The notes under the pieces: generated by a model
Told to the model about the DNA's origin: nothing
The model's input: only the letters and a program-made list of their open reading frames with translations
Databases searched by the model: none
Assembly: GCA_040285855.1 (NCBI GenBank)
Contig: JAUFOQ010000017.1
Location: forward strand, 930,001-994,000
DNA length: 64,000 nucleotides
Source of the DNA: Eukaryota sp. GEM-RC1
Lineage: Eukaryota
Direction: 5' to 3'
Translations under genes and position numbers: made by a program
In this document: positions 37,556 to 51,404 of the stretch, piece by piece
How positions within the stretch are numbered: the stretch's first letter is position 1
Layout of the letters: each line of letters starts with the position of its first letter

Positions 37556-38310
37556 AATAAAAGGTTTTATGTTATAAATTAACGAAATGCAAACAACTAC
37601 TAGTCAGTACCTAAAAGATATTAAATAATATTACATATGATATTAAATGATCCAGATCTACTCTTGAACTACCACGATACAATTTGTCCAGAATACGATT
37701 CAAATACTTTGGGAAACTTCTATATAAGGAAACAACAATGCGAATGAATCATTTTGAGACTTTACAATTTGATAGTTTTGTAGGAAGGTTACCTTATTGG
37801 GTACCGAATAAAGCTTTGCTCACGTTTTCAGACTTTGAACGTTAATCTTGAGAAACGTACTCTTTTACCGGATTGGAACGAAGTTAGTCTTAGTATTTGT
37901 TGTTTGTTTTTGAAAAGTTTATCGATGAAGGGCACAAAAATTCATATCATAATGAAAGCTACGAAACACCAGACTCAGAAAATTCCTGATCAACAGTACC
38001 ACAGTTCTTATATAACTTTGTGATATTGCTTTAAAAAACGCAGGCATCTAACGGAACAAAGAACAAATCAAACGGTTATCCCAAATTGATAAGTTAAATC
38101 TCTTGTTCTGAGACTTTCAAATAGATCCAAAATCAGTTAAAACCTAAGAAGCCATATCATCAATACTACCAAAAATAGAAACAACAAATGGAACAAATAT
38201 AAATTTTGAATATAAATTTTGATTGAGTTTAGCAACATCTTTGGAATACAAATCAATTTTACGTTTTTCAGGTGTTTCTAGGTGATTGAAACCTGGTAAA
38301 TTTAAGCCGT
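37556..38310 (-). mobile_element. RLE-type non-LTR relics
   Basis: 37560-37735 closely matches 52370-52515. 37950-38300 reads EKRKIDLY..FVPFVVSIFGSI..FNLSIWDNRL with stops. Confidence 0.6.
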
Positions 38311-39384
38311 ATTTGTTATAAGGTTACTATTTTGGGCACCGAATGAAGTTTCTGTTGTATACCGACTCCTTTGTAGTGGAATATCCTCTCTAATGACGTG
38401 TCAGACCATTAAATACCTAAATAAATTTGTCGTTTTACCGTGTCTTTCATATCAATTAATTTCCATTCATTTGCTATTTCTCTTTACGCAACGTTTGGCT
38501 TATTCAGACAAAAATTTTTCACGTCTTTGGCAAATTGTGGAAGTATTATGGCAAGAGTTAAGAAGAATGTTGTTCCCACGCCTTTCATTGGCGCTCTTAT
38601 ATTTTTAAAATTTCACTAGATTCAGGGGCTGGGAAACAGTATTCCTGCAATAGTAATTTGCACGACATAGGGACAGTTACTATGGTTTCTTTAGGTTTTC
38701 AAAACAGTTTTTGCGATGGAAATCCTCCGGAAAAGAACTACACTAAATATTGCTTAGGAAAGATTCAATACTAAAATTATCAGAGGGGTATATGTGTCCT
38801 TTTCCCAATATATAATTTCACAAATCAATTACAAAATTAAACTCCTAGTCATATTCACTCTTGATTACCATCCTGAAAATGACATCATTTGTTTTGATTC
38901 ATTGAAAACAACGTCTTGAAGAAATTGTTCCAAGAAATGGGAATCGTATACTGGTTATGAGATGCATCATACATTTTTTCCATTGTTGAAAAATTACAGG
39001 TCCAAGTGAAGAAGTGTATCATTTAAAGACTGTGTTTTAGATATACAGTCTATTTGGGAAAGCTGCTACAGAAACTCATTTGTTCCAGCAGCTGAATCTG
39101 ACGTTTTAAAATCTTTGAATGGTATTCAGACAGTTACCAGAGTTATAATGGGCCAGTGATATTAACAGAATTGTCTAACTAACTATACAAAACCAAATCT
39201 TGTTTCATTTCTGACAGGTGTGTGAAAAGGTACCCAAAGTGAGTTCTATTTTAGACTAAGTCATGTTTGACATTTATTACCTGTCAATCTAAAAAAAATA
39301 CACAAAATAAACAATACACAAAAAACTAGTGCGTTCGTCATAATACACAACAAATGCAAAATAAATCAACTTCACCCCAAATAA

Positions 39385-40961
39385 CTAACCAAAAATATCA
39401 TCTAAAAATGAAATAAACCGCCGTGCATACTGATCCGGGGCAATAGCACTAATAGTATTCCCCCTAGTAAAAATACTCTTTGCTGAAGACTCAATCTTCT
39501 TCTTTGCATTGTACTTCTGCAATATATCAATTACTCCAAAGAAGTAGACCTCATTCCCAGTGGGTAATCTCTCGTCACTTTCTGCCAAGTCCTTGCAACG
39601 ATTGCGGAGATTCAAGAAACCGTGCAGTGGGTTAATGGAATCACCTAGGCCCACGTCACTATCAGAATCACCTTCCACTTCTGAATTATCACTAACGGAA
39701 GGTTTTCGTGTTGGATTCTGAGGTGGAGAAATAAAGATTGGCTGAATCCACCCATCTTCCAGTGAGGTAGTACTATGATTACTAGATACTGAGAACTTCC
39801 GCTCAACTTCAGGAGTCAAGGGTAGAGTTCTTCTCGGTGGTGCTTTTTTCCCTAAATTTGAATACTTCTTCTTTTGAATTGATATCGAATATCTACTTCC
39901 TGCGTGCGGGAACTCCGAAGTACTGGCAAACCCTCCATCTTCCATTTGAAACATTGACGTCGTAAGCCCAGTGGGTCCAATAAAAGCGGGAGCTTTAGGT
40001 CCTTGAGCAAGATAACTAACTGAAAGATAGGGAAAATGGGGTTCCAGATCTAAGTCAATCTCGTCTAGGCCGATACTAGTAGAACTAGCAAGGGGGAGAA
40101 ACTGGTGGTTGAGCTTCTTCATCTTTAAGTGCATCGGAGTGGTGGACTCCTAGTAAAAGTGAATAATCCATGATTTTGACCGAAGCTAAGAAGTTGACGT
40201 CAGATACTAATTGAGCCATGAGAGCAGACTTCTTGAGACTTCCTAGTTTGATTGATTGATGACCACGTCTACGGAGGATGTCCTTGTCCTTCCACGTGAC
40301 TGCAGGGTCATTTCTTTTAGCAGGGGCAACTTCCCGACCGTGAGTTGATCCCTTAAGGTCATATTGTTCGTGAATTTTGAGCGGAGTGTCAAATACATTC
40401 CTCATTACCATTAAATAAGTCTTATGACCGTTTCTGTCTATTCTGTAATGGGATACGAACCAAGTAAGCAGAGAGTGGGGATTAGCCATCATATGTTGGT
40501 AATAAGAGAACAGGATTTTACGAAGAAAAAGGGATTCTGAATGGGCCATGGTTTTCATAACATAGCGACAATCAGATGACCAAAAGAACTTCGAGCCAGA
40601 TTTACCTGGTGTAGGCATCATCATGAGAGACTCTTCGCAACAAAGAGAGTTTGAGAAATGATCTTTGGAGATTCCGAAACGTTGACGGATAGATTGAAAG
40701 ACTCTGGGGGCATATTCTTTAAAGCGATATCTGGCGTAAGTACCAGGACCAGAAGGAAGGTCTAATTTGATGGCTTCTTTGAAGTCTTTCCAGTGAACTG
40801 GACGTTTAGATTGATCTTCGTCAGGTCGAGATTTAAGAGTCATTCGAATACCAAGCTTAAATTAACCAGGAATGATGATATACCATTACGTATTGGCCAA
40901 GTTCTCGGAATTCTTCCTCTCGGATATCAGAATTAGACCGTTGCTGAGTACTGGTACTCAT
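39385..40961 (-). CDS. PIP5K: Phosphatidylinositol-phosphate 5-kinase; intron 40856-40883, frame break at 40092-40096
   Basis: FKEYAP, GKSGSKF, YDLKGS, KDKD, IMDYSLLLGVH and YFFGVIDILQKY motifs. A 28-nt intron extends the ORF to ATG 40961. Confidence 0.9.
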
Positions 40962-41057
40962 TGAGAAGAATATATAAAGAAGAAGTCAGAAAAAGCGTGG
41001 ACGTAAAGCAGAACCTATAGACAGTAGGTGACTTTTCTTCCCAATTCTTCACGAGAA

Positions 41058-41909
41058 ATGATTGTTTCCCTGCTGTTTATAACCGGATTTTTCGCTCTAG
41101 CCATCGGTTTTGGCTGTTATTCTCTAGTGTCTGACTCGGTAGATGCTTTTCTTACAAAGGATCCAGCTGCGTCTTCTAAATTCCAAGTGTTCTTGACATA
41201 TCCTGGCATACATGCTCTTATTTTCCATCGTATAGCTCATGTGTTATATTGTACTGGGTTCTCGCTGTTGTCTTCTATTGTTGCTTATGTGTCAAGATTC
41301 TTGACTTCAATTGAAATCCATCCTGGTGCTACGATTGGCAAGTCATTCAACATTGACCATGGTTGCGGTGTTGTCATTGGGGAAACTGTAATCATTCACA
41401 ACAATGTAACAATTTATAGTGGGGTTGTACTTGGTGGAAGAGCAAACAAATCTCTATCAAAAGGACAAGTGAGACATCCTGAAGTATGTTGTATTGAGCG
41501 ACTTATTGAAGCTATTTGATGACGTGATTGTTGGATGTTCTGCTGCCATTCTTGGCCCAATTAAAATAGGCCAAGGAGCTAAGATTGGAGCTAATGCTGT
41601 TGTTTTGGAGGACGTAGATGACATGCAAACGGTGGTGGGTGTTTCTGCTCGCCCTGTTATGACCAAAAGAAGTCATCTCCTTGTCACCAGTCACCGATAT
41701 TCGCTGCTTATGGTGTAACTGGAGAAGTAGATCCTATTTGTTTTGCTGTCAAAAAGCTCATTTCCCATGTTGTTGATTTAGAGAAACAAGTAGATGACCT
41801 GCGTAGGAGTAGATCTTCAGATACTTATGAATCAGACTCATCTTCTGATTTTAAGGAAGTTATTGGTTGTTTATCAAAGTGTTGCAAAAAAGCACAAGTT
41901 TCGAGTTAA
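41058..41909 (+). CDS. cysE: Serine O-acetyltransferase; intron 41484-41511, frame break at 41665-41668
   Basis: DPAA..YPGIHALIFHRIAH..IEIHPGATIG..IDHGCGVVIGET..RHPE|LFDDVIVG; C-terminal FAAYG..DP tail. Confidence 0.9.
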
Positions 41910-42224
41910 GAAATCTACTACTACATGTACTAGCTCAATATGTGAATGTTTCTGAACGAAATATGATTATTTGAGTGATAAATTTATTGCCATTTAGTGA
42001 ATACATGTAGATGAAGATTGCATCATGTGTGAAGTACGTCTGACTTCAACGACATAAACTTCAGAAGCAAAATACTTAAGCATCTGATTCGAACACAACT
42101 TAAGAGAGGTTCCCAATAAAAACCGAAAAAACAAACCTAAGAAACACTAAGACTAACACATGATTGATGGAACCAAGAAAACCATTTGGATTGTCAGAAA
42201 TTAAAATACGACGTAAAAGACAAG

Positions 42225-42971
42225 TTAATCACAAAACAACCTTTTTCTAGCAGGAGAACTTTCCAAAGGCTTGTACAAAGCCTGCAGATTAGCTTGAAAC
42301 AACTCTAACTGATCCTTGAAAGAGGCCCTCAGAACATTAAGTTTCTGATCAAAGTCTTGTCGAAAAGACAATAAAAGTGCATGAGCATCTGATTCCATGT
42401 TATCCAGAGCTTCCATGTAACGTTCCTCGAGAATTGTTGCTTGTGTGGATATGTTTGATTCTCGTTTCTCACATGATGACGTGACGTCGTCAGTAGTGGC
42501 TGTTGCTTGGTCACGAACTGATTTTTTAGGAGAAATTAGTGGAGTTGTTGCATATACTCGGGTAGAAGTTCGTGGGAGACGAGGAAGTGGTTTCGAAGGA
42601 ATATTATTGAGAGATTCAAGATACTGTTTATACAATGCTTCCTTGTCTAGAGTAGCAACCCTAGCACAATTCCTACCCACCATACGATAGATTTTAGTGT
42701 GCTTATGGATAATAAGTGTAAGGTCGGAGGTATCACGACTTCCACAGAGTTGGCAAAAGGGGTCAGATGCAGAGAGTGAGGGAACTTGATGTTCCACAAG
42801 CTCCCAATTGTACAAAGGTAATATTAAGGAAGTCTTGGAGAATTTCTGGTTGAAGGATATCCAAAGTTCGTATAAGTCTTGTTCAAGAGAGTCCAGTTTG
42901 TGTGGGAAGGGGATGTTGGAATCTATATAGCGTTTGAGAAAGTCTGGAAGAGGAAGAACGTTCATATGCAA
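42225..42971 (-). CDS. Hypothetical protein with possible Zn-binding motif and coiled coil
   Basis: 248-aa ORF with CQLCG..HKH..VGRNC. Confidence 0.6.
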   Translation of the reverse strand: MHMNVLPLPDFLKRYIDSNIPFPHKLDSLEQDLYELWISFNQKFSKTSLILPLYNWELVEHQVPSLSASDPFCQLCGSRDTSDLTLIIHKHTKIYRMVGRNCARVATLDKEALYKQYLESLNNIPSKPLPRLPRTSTRVYATTPLISPKKSVRDQATATTDDVTSSCEKRESNISTQATILEERYMEALDNMESDAHALLLSFRQDFDQKLNVLRASFKDQLELFQANLQALYKPLESSPARKRLFCD

Positions 42972-43624
42972 TGTAAGTGAAAATTTCTATGGACATGAAA
43001 ACAAAGAACTATAAGTGAATATCGTAGAAGAGACTCTGATGATTTGCAGCTCAAGATAATGAATGAATGATCTATAGCAATGAAGAACGATCGAAGTGGC
43101 TCAAATCGATAGAGAATCGAAAAGGAGAACTTGTAAATCAGATGAAGAGGTAGCAAACAGAAACTACTGTTGAATTCATTTGGATTTCACTCCCCAAAAT
43201 CATTTTACCCCAAAAACTCTTCACCCCATAACCACATATCCCCAAACTGATTCACTTATACCTTCTTTGATGGATTCCATACATCGTTTGATATCCAGTG
43301 TTGAGCTTCTTTCAAGATAGAGACGTGTTTGCAGGTGTTCGTTCTTAGACTTGTGAACCGTGTTCAACCATGTCATGAATAAACTCAACGTTGTACAACC
43401 ATCCTACTACACGTACATCACATTGACATCTTATCCTCCAAAGGAAAACACTAAGGTTTGCTACAACTCTGATCGTGTAATACACTGCTGTGTCTTCAGT
43501 CGTTTTTGACTGCATTTTTCAATTCTATCAGATGCTATCTGGAATGAGACTAAGGTCAACGACATCAAGTCCATGAAGCTTCATTCATCAGAAGACACAA
43601 AGACACCAAGTTATAACTACATGT

Positions 43625-44130
43625 ACAACATTCGTAATGACAACATTTGGTGATACAACATTTGGTGATACAACATTTGGTGATACAACATTTGTAACTA
43701 CAACATTTGGTGATACAACATTTGGTGATACAACATTTGTAACTACAACATTTGCTGATACCACATTTGTAACTACAACATTTGGTGATACAACATTTGT
43801 AACTACAACATTTGGTGATACAACATTTGGTGATACAACATTTGTAACTACAACATTTGGTGATACAACATTTGTAACTACAACATTTGGTGATACAACA
43901 TTTGGTGATACAACATTTGTAACTACAACATTTGGTGATACAACATTTGGTGATACAACATTTGTAATGACAACATTTGGTGATACAACATTTGTAATGA
44001 CAACATTTGGTGATACAACATTTGTAACTACAACATTTGGTGATACAACATTTGGTGATACAACATTTGTAATGACAACATTTGGTGATACAACATTTGG
44101 TGATACAACATTTGTAATGACAACATTTGT
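43625..44130. repeat. 15-bp minisatellite, ~33-34 units
   Basis: Near-constant ACAACATTT followed by GGTGAT, GTAACT or GTAATG. Confidence 0.97.
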
Positions 44131-47100
44131 GTCGTATGTGTATTGAATTCTTATTGCTCATAATTTTTTCTTCTATATATAATGTCGTTAAACACAACCA
44201 ATAAAATATACAACCTCAGTTTATCAAACTTAACTAACACTACTATATCCCCCCATCACCCTCGCAAACATCACAGCCAACGAAAACGACTCCTTATATC
44301 CAATCCCACAACAATACTCACACATCACTTCACGAAATTCATCCAATATTCCCAAACAATGTTCATCACACATCACTTCATCATTTAAATCTAATATCGA
44401 CACAACAAAAGTATTGGTCAACGACAACACATTAAAGTACTTGTCCCTATCATTCAAATGAAAACTCAAAATTTTGGCCATTATTAAATTTAAATCTTTT
44501 AACAACTGAAGTTTCAATTTCATATTTGGAAGACAATCTGATGTTGTATCATTTTGGTTCCAGTGCAGTGGTACAATATAAGCTGCAGTCTAGGCAGTCT
44601 AGGTGATCTTTGGTCAATCAGTCAGAAATTTCAGTCTGTCAGTGTGAGAATTTCTTACTGCTAGTGTGTAATAGTACTATTAATAGTAATCAAACGATTC
44701 ACTGTTGTGGTCCCTGTTAATTGTATCTGCTACATCTCATAAATTCTTTTGTCGGTGATTGTTCAAGGAGTTTCTGTCTCGAGTCCCGCATATTCTTCTT
44801 TAGCTACATACTCCTTAAGTCTTAATGTACAGTTCTCCGGATTCTCAAATGCTACTCTTCCCCATTTGTTTCAGTATTTTAATCATATTTATGTGAAATT
44901 ACGTGTTCTGCGAACTGGTGTTCTACAAACAGGGATACAGTTATAGCTAAGTTGTAATAGAGACCTTCGAAAGCGAAATAATGGTCAATGCTGAAGCCAA
45001 TCTAAACAGATTTTCGTAGACGGGAATTTGTGTTCTGAAACAAACACCCAACAAAACATGTGATTGACATGTTTTAAGCCAAGAAGAAGTTTATAGTCGA
45101 GAAGAGATCATGGAACAATCTGAATGACGAAGACAACTCAACACTGCTTGATATTCAAAGAATTTCAAGAAACAATCAATGCTGCTATCAGCAACTACAA
45201 CTGACAGCAGAAAGAATGATGATGTCTGCAAGTATTTCGAGGCTGGAGCAGAACGTGGACGATCGTCTGGTACATCCTGAAAGAAATTTTAGGACTGATA
45301 CCTGACTTTTAAGGACTTCAAAGACACAAAGACAAAGCAAAATAAGAATGATCTAACAGGTTCACGTCGGAGATGTGGTGTTGAAACGGTGCGAATCAAA
45401 GCCCAAATGGTCTACGGAAAAAGAAACCCTACTAACATCATGTATGTAAATACATCAAGTGCTGCTCCAACAGGTTGTAAGAGAAGTGAATGTCAAGTTG
45501 CACACAATGTCACAATGCGGTAGATCATCATTGTTGATTTCTTCAACATCCATCTGCATTCAAAGGGGCAAAATTTGATGTCTCCGCCTACGCCTCTTCC
45601 GACTTATGTGGAGGATAAGAACAAACGCTTTGGTATTCCTCTATCTCGTATTCATCTTAGTTTCCTTCTCTAAACGACGGAGCACACTTCTCTCCAACCT
45701 GCATTCCCTACACACGGTAGATAACTGTCACTGTCTGATGGTCTTGGCAACAGAAAGTGGTAACATCACACTTTACGGTTCACCTTCCTTCCAGCCATTA
45801 ACTGAGTCATCTACCTTTCATTCGCTCATATGTAAAGCCATAGCTAAACCTATTGATGATGAAAGCTCTTAGTTTGTTCTTGCATCTCCTGTTTATGTGT
45901 ACATAAGTCCTAATAAATTTAGTTTGTCTAAAAAAATATTTTTTAGACAAACTAAAAACTTGTTTCATAGCTTCAGCCTTTCTACATGCTATGGTTTGAA
46001 GTGAAAGGTTTGGATTTTTATTAGTGTGCTAGAGAAACAACTATGTGAGAAAGGGTTTTCAAGAATGGTTGATTAGTTGAGTCTCCTTTTGATTCATTTG
46101 TGTACAAAATTCAATGACGCCACAGCAGTAAATTGTAAGTTATTAATTCTTGATGTTTGATTATCAAGTCAAATGGGAAACTGTACCAAGCGGTTTAATT
46201 AGCCTACATTAGAATTAGCCTGGTACAGGCTATTTCTAATTATTTTGCATCTTCAGAGTCTCACTTTTATATAAAGTAGGTTGAAATGAGTCAGAATTGT
46301 GTAAGAAGGGTTATACTATCAGTTTTCAGTTGATACTGAACATAAGTTTATGGTCAAAATTTGAATCAAAACACATAAAATTCAAAACTGAAAAGGGAAA
46401 GTCGTCAGTTGATCAAAAATTGTATTTCTTGGTGTTGTTTAAGCTGGATTAATGGTTTCCTCTCTGCAAGTCTTACTCGTGTTGTATCAGCCCAAATTAC
46501 TCACACAATGGTCATGTTTTTAAGGAGATCAAAGATGGCCCATTAATTAGAAGACTACTGTACACCATGCATGTAGCAATCATTATTCACTATCATAAAC
46601 ACTATTTTTGATATTCGTTGTTGTTCTAATGACGCACTAAACACGTTTAATGTTTAGGATGAAACACCAAAAAATTTAACTGTTTGCACCTCTTCCATCA
46701 AACACTGTTGTGTTATCATTGACCAGTCATTGTCTAAACTATGTCCGAATGAAAGAAACAATAAAAAGTTCTATAAAATTAATTTATTTTGTATTTTGCC
46801 GTGCTTTCTGTGATATTTGTATTTTCTACATTTCTTTTCGAAGAGTGGCAGTATTTTCCAAGTCTGTTAGACTAAAAATATTTAAAAGAAAAAAAGTAGT
46901 AGAAATTGAACAAACATAGCCAAATTGAAACAGATAAAAACACCCAAGAATAACGGCTCTAAGGGGAATCTTCAAGTCCATGTAAACATTCAGTAATGGT
47001 GGTAAAGCAACCCCAACAGATGGAATCAACATCAGAAAGAATGGTTTCTTTGGAAAATACACAAGCTGTAAAAGCATAGAAAACGTAAATTAAAAAAAAA

Positions 47101-47161
47101 TCTTCTTGGTTTACCAACTAGTGGATTCAAATATAGTGAAAAAACTTTAGTCAAACAAATA

Positions 47162-50100
47162 CTAACTCAAATCCAAATCATTTTTGATTGCTAGATTAGG
47201 TTCCACTAAATAACCATGATCTGTTAACAAAATCACATTGCTTTTACAAAACTCTATCAACTCTCTCAAAAGGAAACTTCTTTCCAGACTAACACTAGAT
47301 CCAACAAAGATCAACTTCTTCTTAGCTCTAGTTATTGCAACGTTAATCCTCCTCCAATCAGGCAAAAGCCTGCCTAGATCATGGTCAGTGCTACTCTTCA
47401 CAAAAGAAAACACAACAACATCAGCTTCGGACCCTTGGAAGGCATCCACAGTATCCACCTTGATTGGTACTGAAAGCTGCTTTTGGAGGGTCTTAATCTG
47501 AGCTTTGTATGGAGATATCACAGCAATAGACTCAGAGTGACATCCGCAAATGATAAGAGAATTAACTACCTTAGAGACAACCTCAACTTCCACTTCATTG
47601 TAAATTGACGTACCCAATAGAGTTTCAGTGTGAGTAATAGCCTGAGTGTTGATGAACACTACAGGAAGTTCAGGATCAATGGCTTTGGGTAACCAGTGAA
47701 ACCTATTGAGAGATGTGAAACGCGGAAAGTGCTGTAAGGTCAACTTTTGTTTTAAAACTGATTTTTCAAGTGATTTTAATTGTTCGCCATAAATCAAAGT
47801 ATTCGCAAGATTCATAATCTCTTGGTTCATTCTGTACTGGAGAGGTAATGAAACAACGGACATTGGATGATTAGCAGCAAGATAACAAAACAGAGAATCA
47901 AAAGATTTCCAAGATTTAACATCTCGTTGAGCTTGAACAGTATCAGACGAGGACTTTGTAACTGGAGCGAGTTGGAGATGATCTCCAACAAGGATGAGCT
48001 TGGAAGTGGATGTAATTGCAGGGAAAACTGAAGGGAAGTTGCATTGAGAAGCTTCGTCTATAATGGCTATATCGAATTTCTGAGTAGCTAGGAGGGCATT
48101 TCTAGATAAAGCTGTTAGAGTGGTGGCTACAATTTTGGCATTTGAAATCTTAGATAAAATATCGTCAGGATTTGAAATATTATGAAGAGAAAAAGGGTCA
48201 AATTGAGGAAATCCAGAAAATGAATCTGGGTGTCCAACTCGAATTAGCGGAGGTAATGTGGAAATTTTTAAATAAAGGTGTAAAATTTTGTTGAAAACTG
48301 AGTTGACTGCCGCGTGACTTGTTGAAGTCAATAGAATTCGTTGATTGGTAAGTGCAGCAAGAACGGCAATGTGTGCAATCGTCTCACTTTTACCTGTTCC
48401 AGGCATTCCAAATATTAAAAAATAATCCTTAAATATCAAAGATTTAAAAACTGATTGCAATTGATATTCATTGAGAGAAAAGAGATCAATCTTTCCAGAA
48501 ATAGTGTCCAGAGCTTGTTTCAATCCCGGTACAACATCTAAACAAGGTCGTGTTCCAGATGTTAAATAAGAATATACATCGTCAAATTTTAAATTAGTCT
48601 CAAATGTTGGTGGGGCACGATGAACAATAAGAGACTTGAGTTTGACTGGACAAGTAAAGAACTTCATTAAGTGAAACAATAGATACGAAGTATCGTCATG
48701 CGATGGAGATGAATCTAATCGAAACATGAAATTATTGAAATATTCCACCAAATTCGAAACATTCATGCATGAAAAATCAAACGAATGAAACAGTTCTATA
48801 GTAGAAAGAAGAAGAGGAAGCCTTCCCTTGACTATTAAAGAATTGTCATCAATCATGAAGACGCGACAGTTTGACTGAGCAAGACCACACGCAAGAGGAT
48901 CAAAATCAGTGCTGTCACAGGCAATTACTGAAATCCAAAGAAAATCTCCTTCAGTGTACAAAGTGCTAATATCAGCTTCAGATCGGAAAGTTAATTTGAA
49001 ATTATTGTTGATAAGGTCAAAAACAGTCGTGATTGAAGCCACGGGGTCACATTTGATTAATTTGAACGACGGACAATCAGATTCAGTCCAAAACAAATGA
49101 CTATTAAGTTTCTTTTGATTGACTTCCAAAGAGAAGTGATTGACAAAAATAGCAGTATCATAATCAACTCCTTTTTTGACCTTGGTCTCAACTGCCCTGA
49201 GCCCTTCTATATCCGAAACAGGCAAGTTCTCGATTCCCAATCTGGAAAGTACACACAAATCATTAATCGAACATTTCTTACACTTATCAGAAACTGTCGG
49301 AATTCTTGGCAAATGATAAGCTTTAATGGAAAAGATATCAGGTTTTGCAGTGGCAAAATGTGCCAATATGTTCCTAGCTGCAAAGAAAACCTCATAGTCT
49401 TGAATTCTTGGATTACTCATAAATAAGGAATCTTTAGGATTACTTGGACCAAGCAAAATTAGCAAGGATTTTAAATTTTGGATTGGAATACCAGAGAATT
49501 CTGAAAGTAAAAGACAGTAAAGAAAACATTGATTATAATGAGATTGGTTTGGTTGTGGGACTAAATCAGCATTTTTTAAATTTTTGAGACTAGTTTTAAG
49601 TTCTACTGGTATAAGAGAATAATCAGAAGAATCAGATACTTTACCTTTCAACAGACAATCAATTTTACCTTGAATTCCAAAAATAGGATTCCAGATACGT
49701 GTTTCAGAAGTTAGAAATTTAATATCATCTAATTTTAATTTTTTCGTAGTTCCACGTGTAGTGATCTCTTCTGAATTTTTCATATAACGTATAATTTCAA
49801 ATATTCGCTGTGCTTGAGCATGTACAAGCTCTCGAGCACTACCATAACTAACTTTACACGCAGCCAAACTGTGAGAATAACTAATCAACAATTCATCAAT
49901 AAACTCAGTAACGGTCTCTTTCCCATTAGAAAACAGCTCAAAATCAACAGCAATTTTTTGAAATAATTCATGAATTATTGAGCCCATAGTCATTGGTTCA
50001 GACGGTTCATTCCCAGAATACAGCTGGTTAAGAACACAACTCCTGATGCAATCAAAGGGTTGATTGAGTGCACTCGCAATCATTGTGCAGTTGATTAAAA

Positions 50101-51017
50101 CATCAGGGTTAGTGATTAGAAACATGTTCTGAGGTAGAACAAAAAACTGCATACAATCAACATCAGTCAGAAATGGCCATTCGATGTCGGAAAACGTCAG
50201 AAGAATCACGTTTGCACCACTTTCCCACGGTACATCAAAGAAATGTGACGTTTCATTGATTGTGATTGACACAAATGAGGCTAATGAGTCTAATGAAATG
50301 GAGAGAACGATTTTAAAAGAGAAAGACGTCACATCAGCAATAAAACCTCTTAAATATTTAAAATTTTTCGACGAATAATACTTCAGTTTATTTTTAGAGA
50401 AATCCGGCGATGTACCAGATAGCCGCAAAAAGGAGAAGAATTGTGATTATTGGTAACACCCGTGGTACTGTCTTGATTGAGACCACCTGCCACATTTGCT
50501 GAATAATTGAAACTTGGTACATTGCGTCTCTTTGGTAACAAGAGACTTCCTCTAGAATGTTTTCCCAAAGTGGGATACGGCCTTTGTATGGATTTCGTGG
50601 TAGTTTGTGGTTGAGATGAAGGTGATGAGAGTTTCTTTTCCCAGGCAAGAGAGGTTTGGGTTTTGGTGTGGGAAGTTTTAGAGGTTTGGGTTTGAGGGAA
50701 GGAGGTAGAAGATGTTTTCGAGGAGCAGAGGAAGTGCTGGAAATGGCTGAGAATGAGGCCTGCTTTGTAAATGTGATTCCTGAAGGAGTTGGCTTCGGAT
50801 CGTGACCAAATTTCGGAGGATCTGTGGTCTGAGTAGTTTCTGGCGGAGGTTTGACTGGAGGAGGGGAACTTATGAGATTTCTACGGACAGTTGAAGTGGT
50901 TATAGGGGGACTCATGGCATAACCAACTCCTTGATCACGATTGATGGATTTGGATGGAGGAGAAATAAAGACATTGTCTTGGCTATCAGAAAAATGAGGG
51001 TTCTGTGGGGTTGACAT
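47162..51017 (-). CDS. DNA2: DNA2 nuclease/helicase; two frame breaks (50636-50639, 50427-50431)
   Basis: GSIIHELFQ, IWNPIFGIQGKID, ELKT, CKKC..C, GMPGTGKS, IIDEASQ, LVGDHLQL, QYRMN, TVDAFQG and RRINVAITRAKKK motifs. Confidence 0.92.
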
Positions 51018-51404
51018 TGTTCATGAGAGTTTAAATCCAGTTAGGAAATTCAATCACTGGATGTTCCAATCAGCGTCGTATCTCATAGCATGTGTATAAA
51101 GTGGAGTGATGTTATTGGGATGATATACAATAATTGATAGACATATATAGTTAACTCAGTAACTAGTCATTTAGTTCTACTGTTGATGTTGTTGATTAAT
51201 AAATTTCCTAGTAGCTCATCAAAGAAGTGACATCCGATAAATCCCCCAAAAACACGTGTTGGCATCCTCGGAGATGTAATGGGAACGTCATATACACGGT
51301 CAATTTTGTTAATGTAGCTGTATATTAATTGAACAGTTTAAAGTGTCCCATAATCCAAAAAGATCTTCGTTCAGTGATCATCAAAACCAGAAAAATTTGC
51401 AAAA

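Noticed and set aside
43625..44130. CRISPR array
   Set aside because: Period is 15 bp with only three recurring 6-nt variants; no unique spacers and no cas genes.
44950..45450. Integrase/chromodomain remnant
   Set aside because: Only vague short similarities; no catalytic motif can be supported.
49250..50050. Cas4-like nuclease suggesting a CRISPR/casposon system
   Set aside because: It is the normal Fe-S nuclease domain of DNA2, fused to its SF1 helicase.
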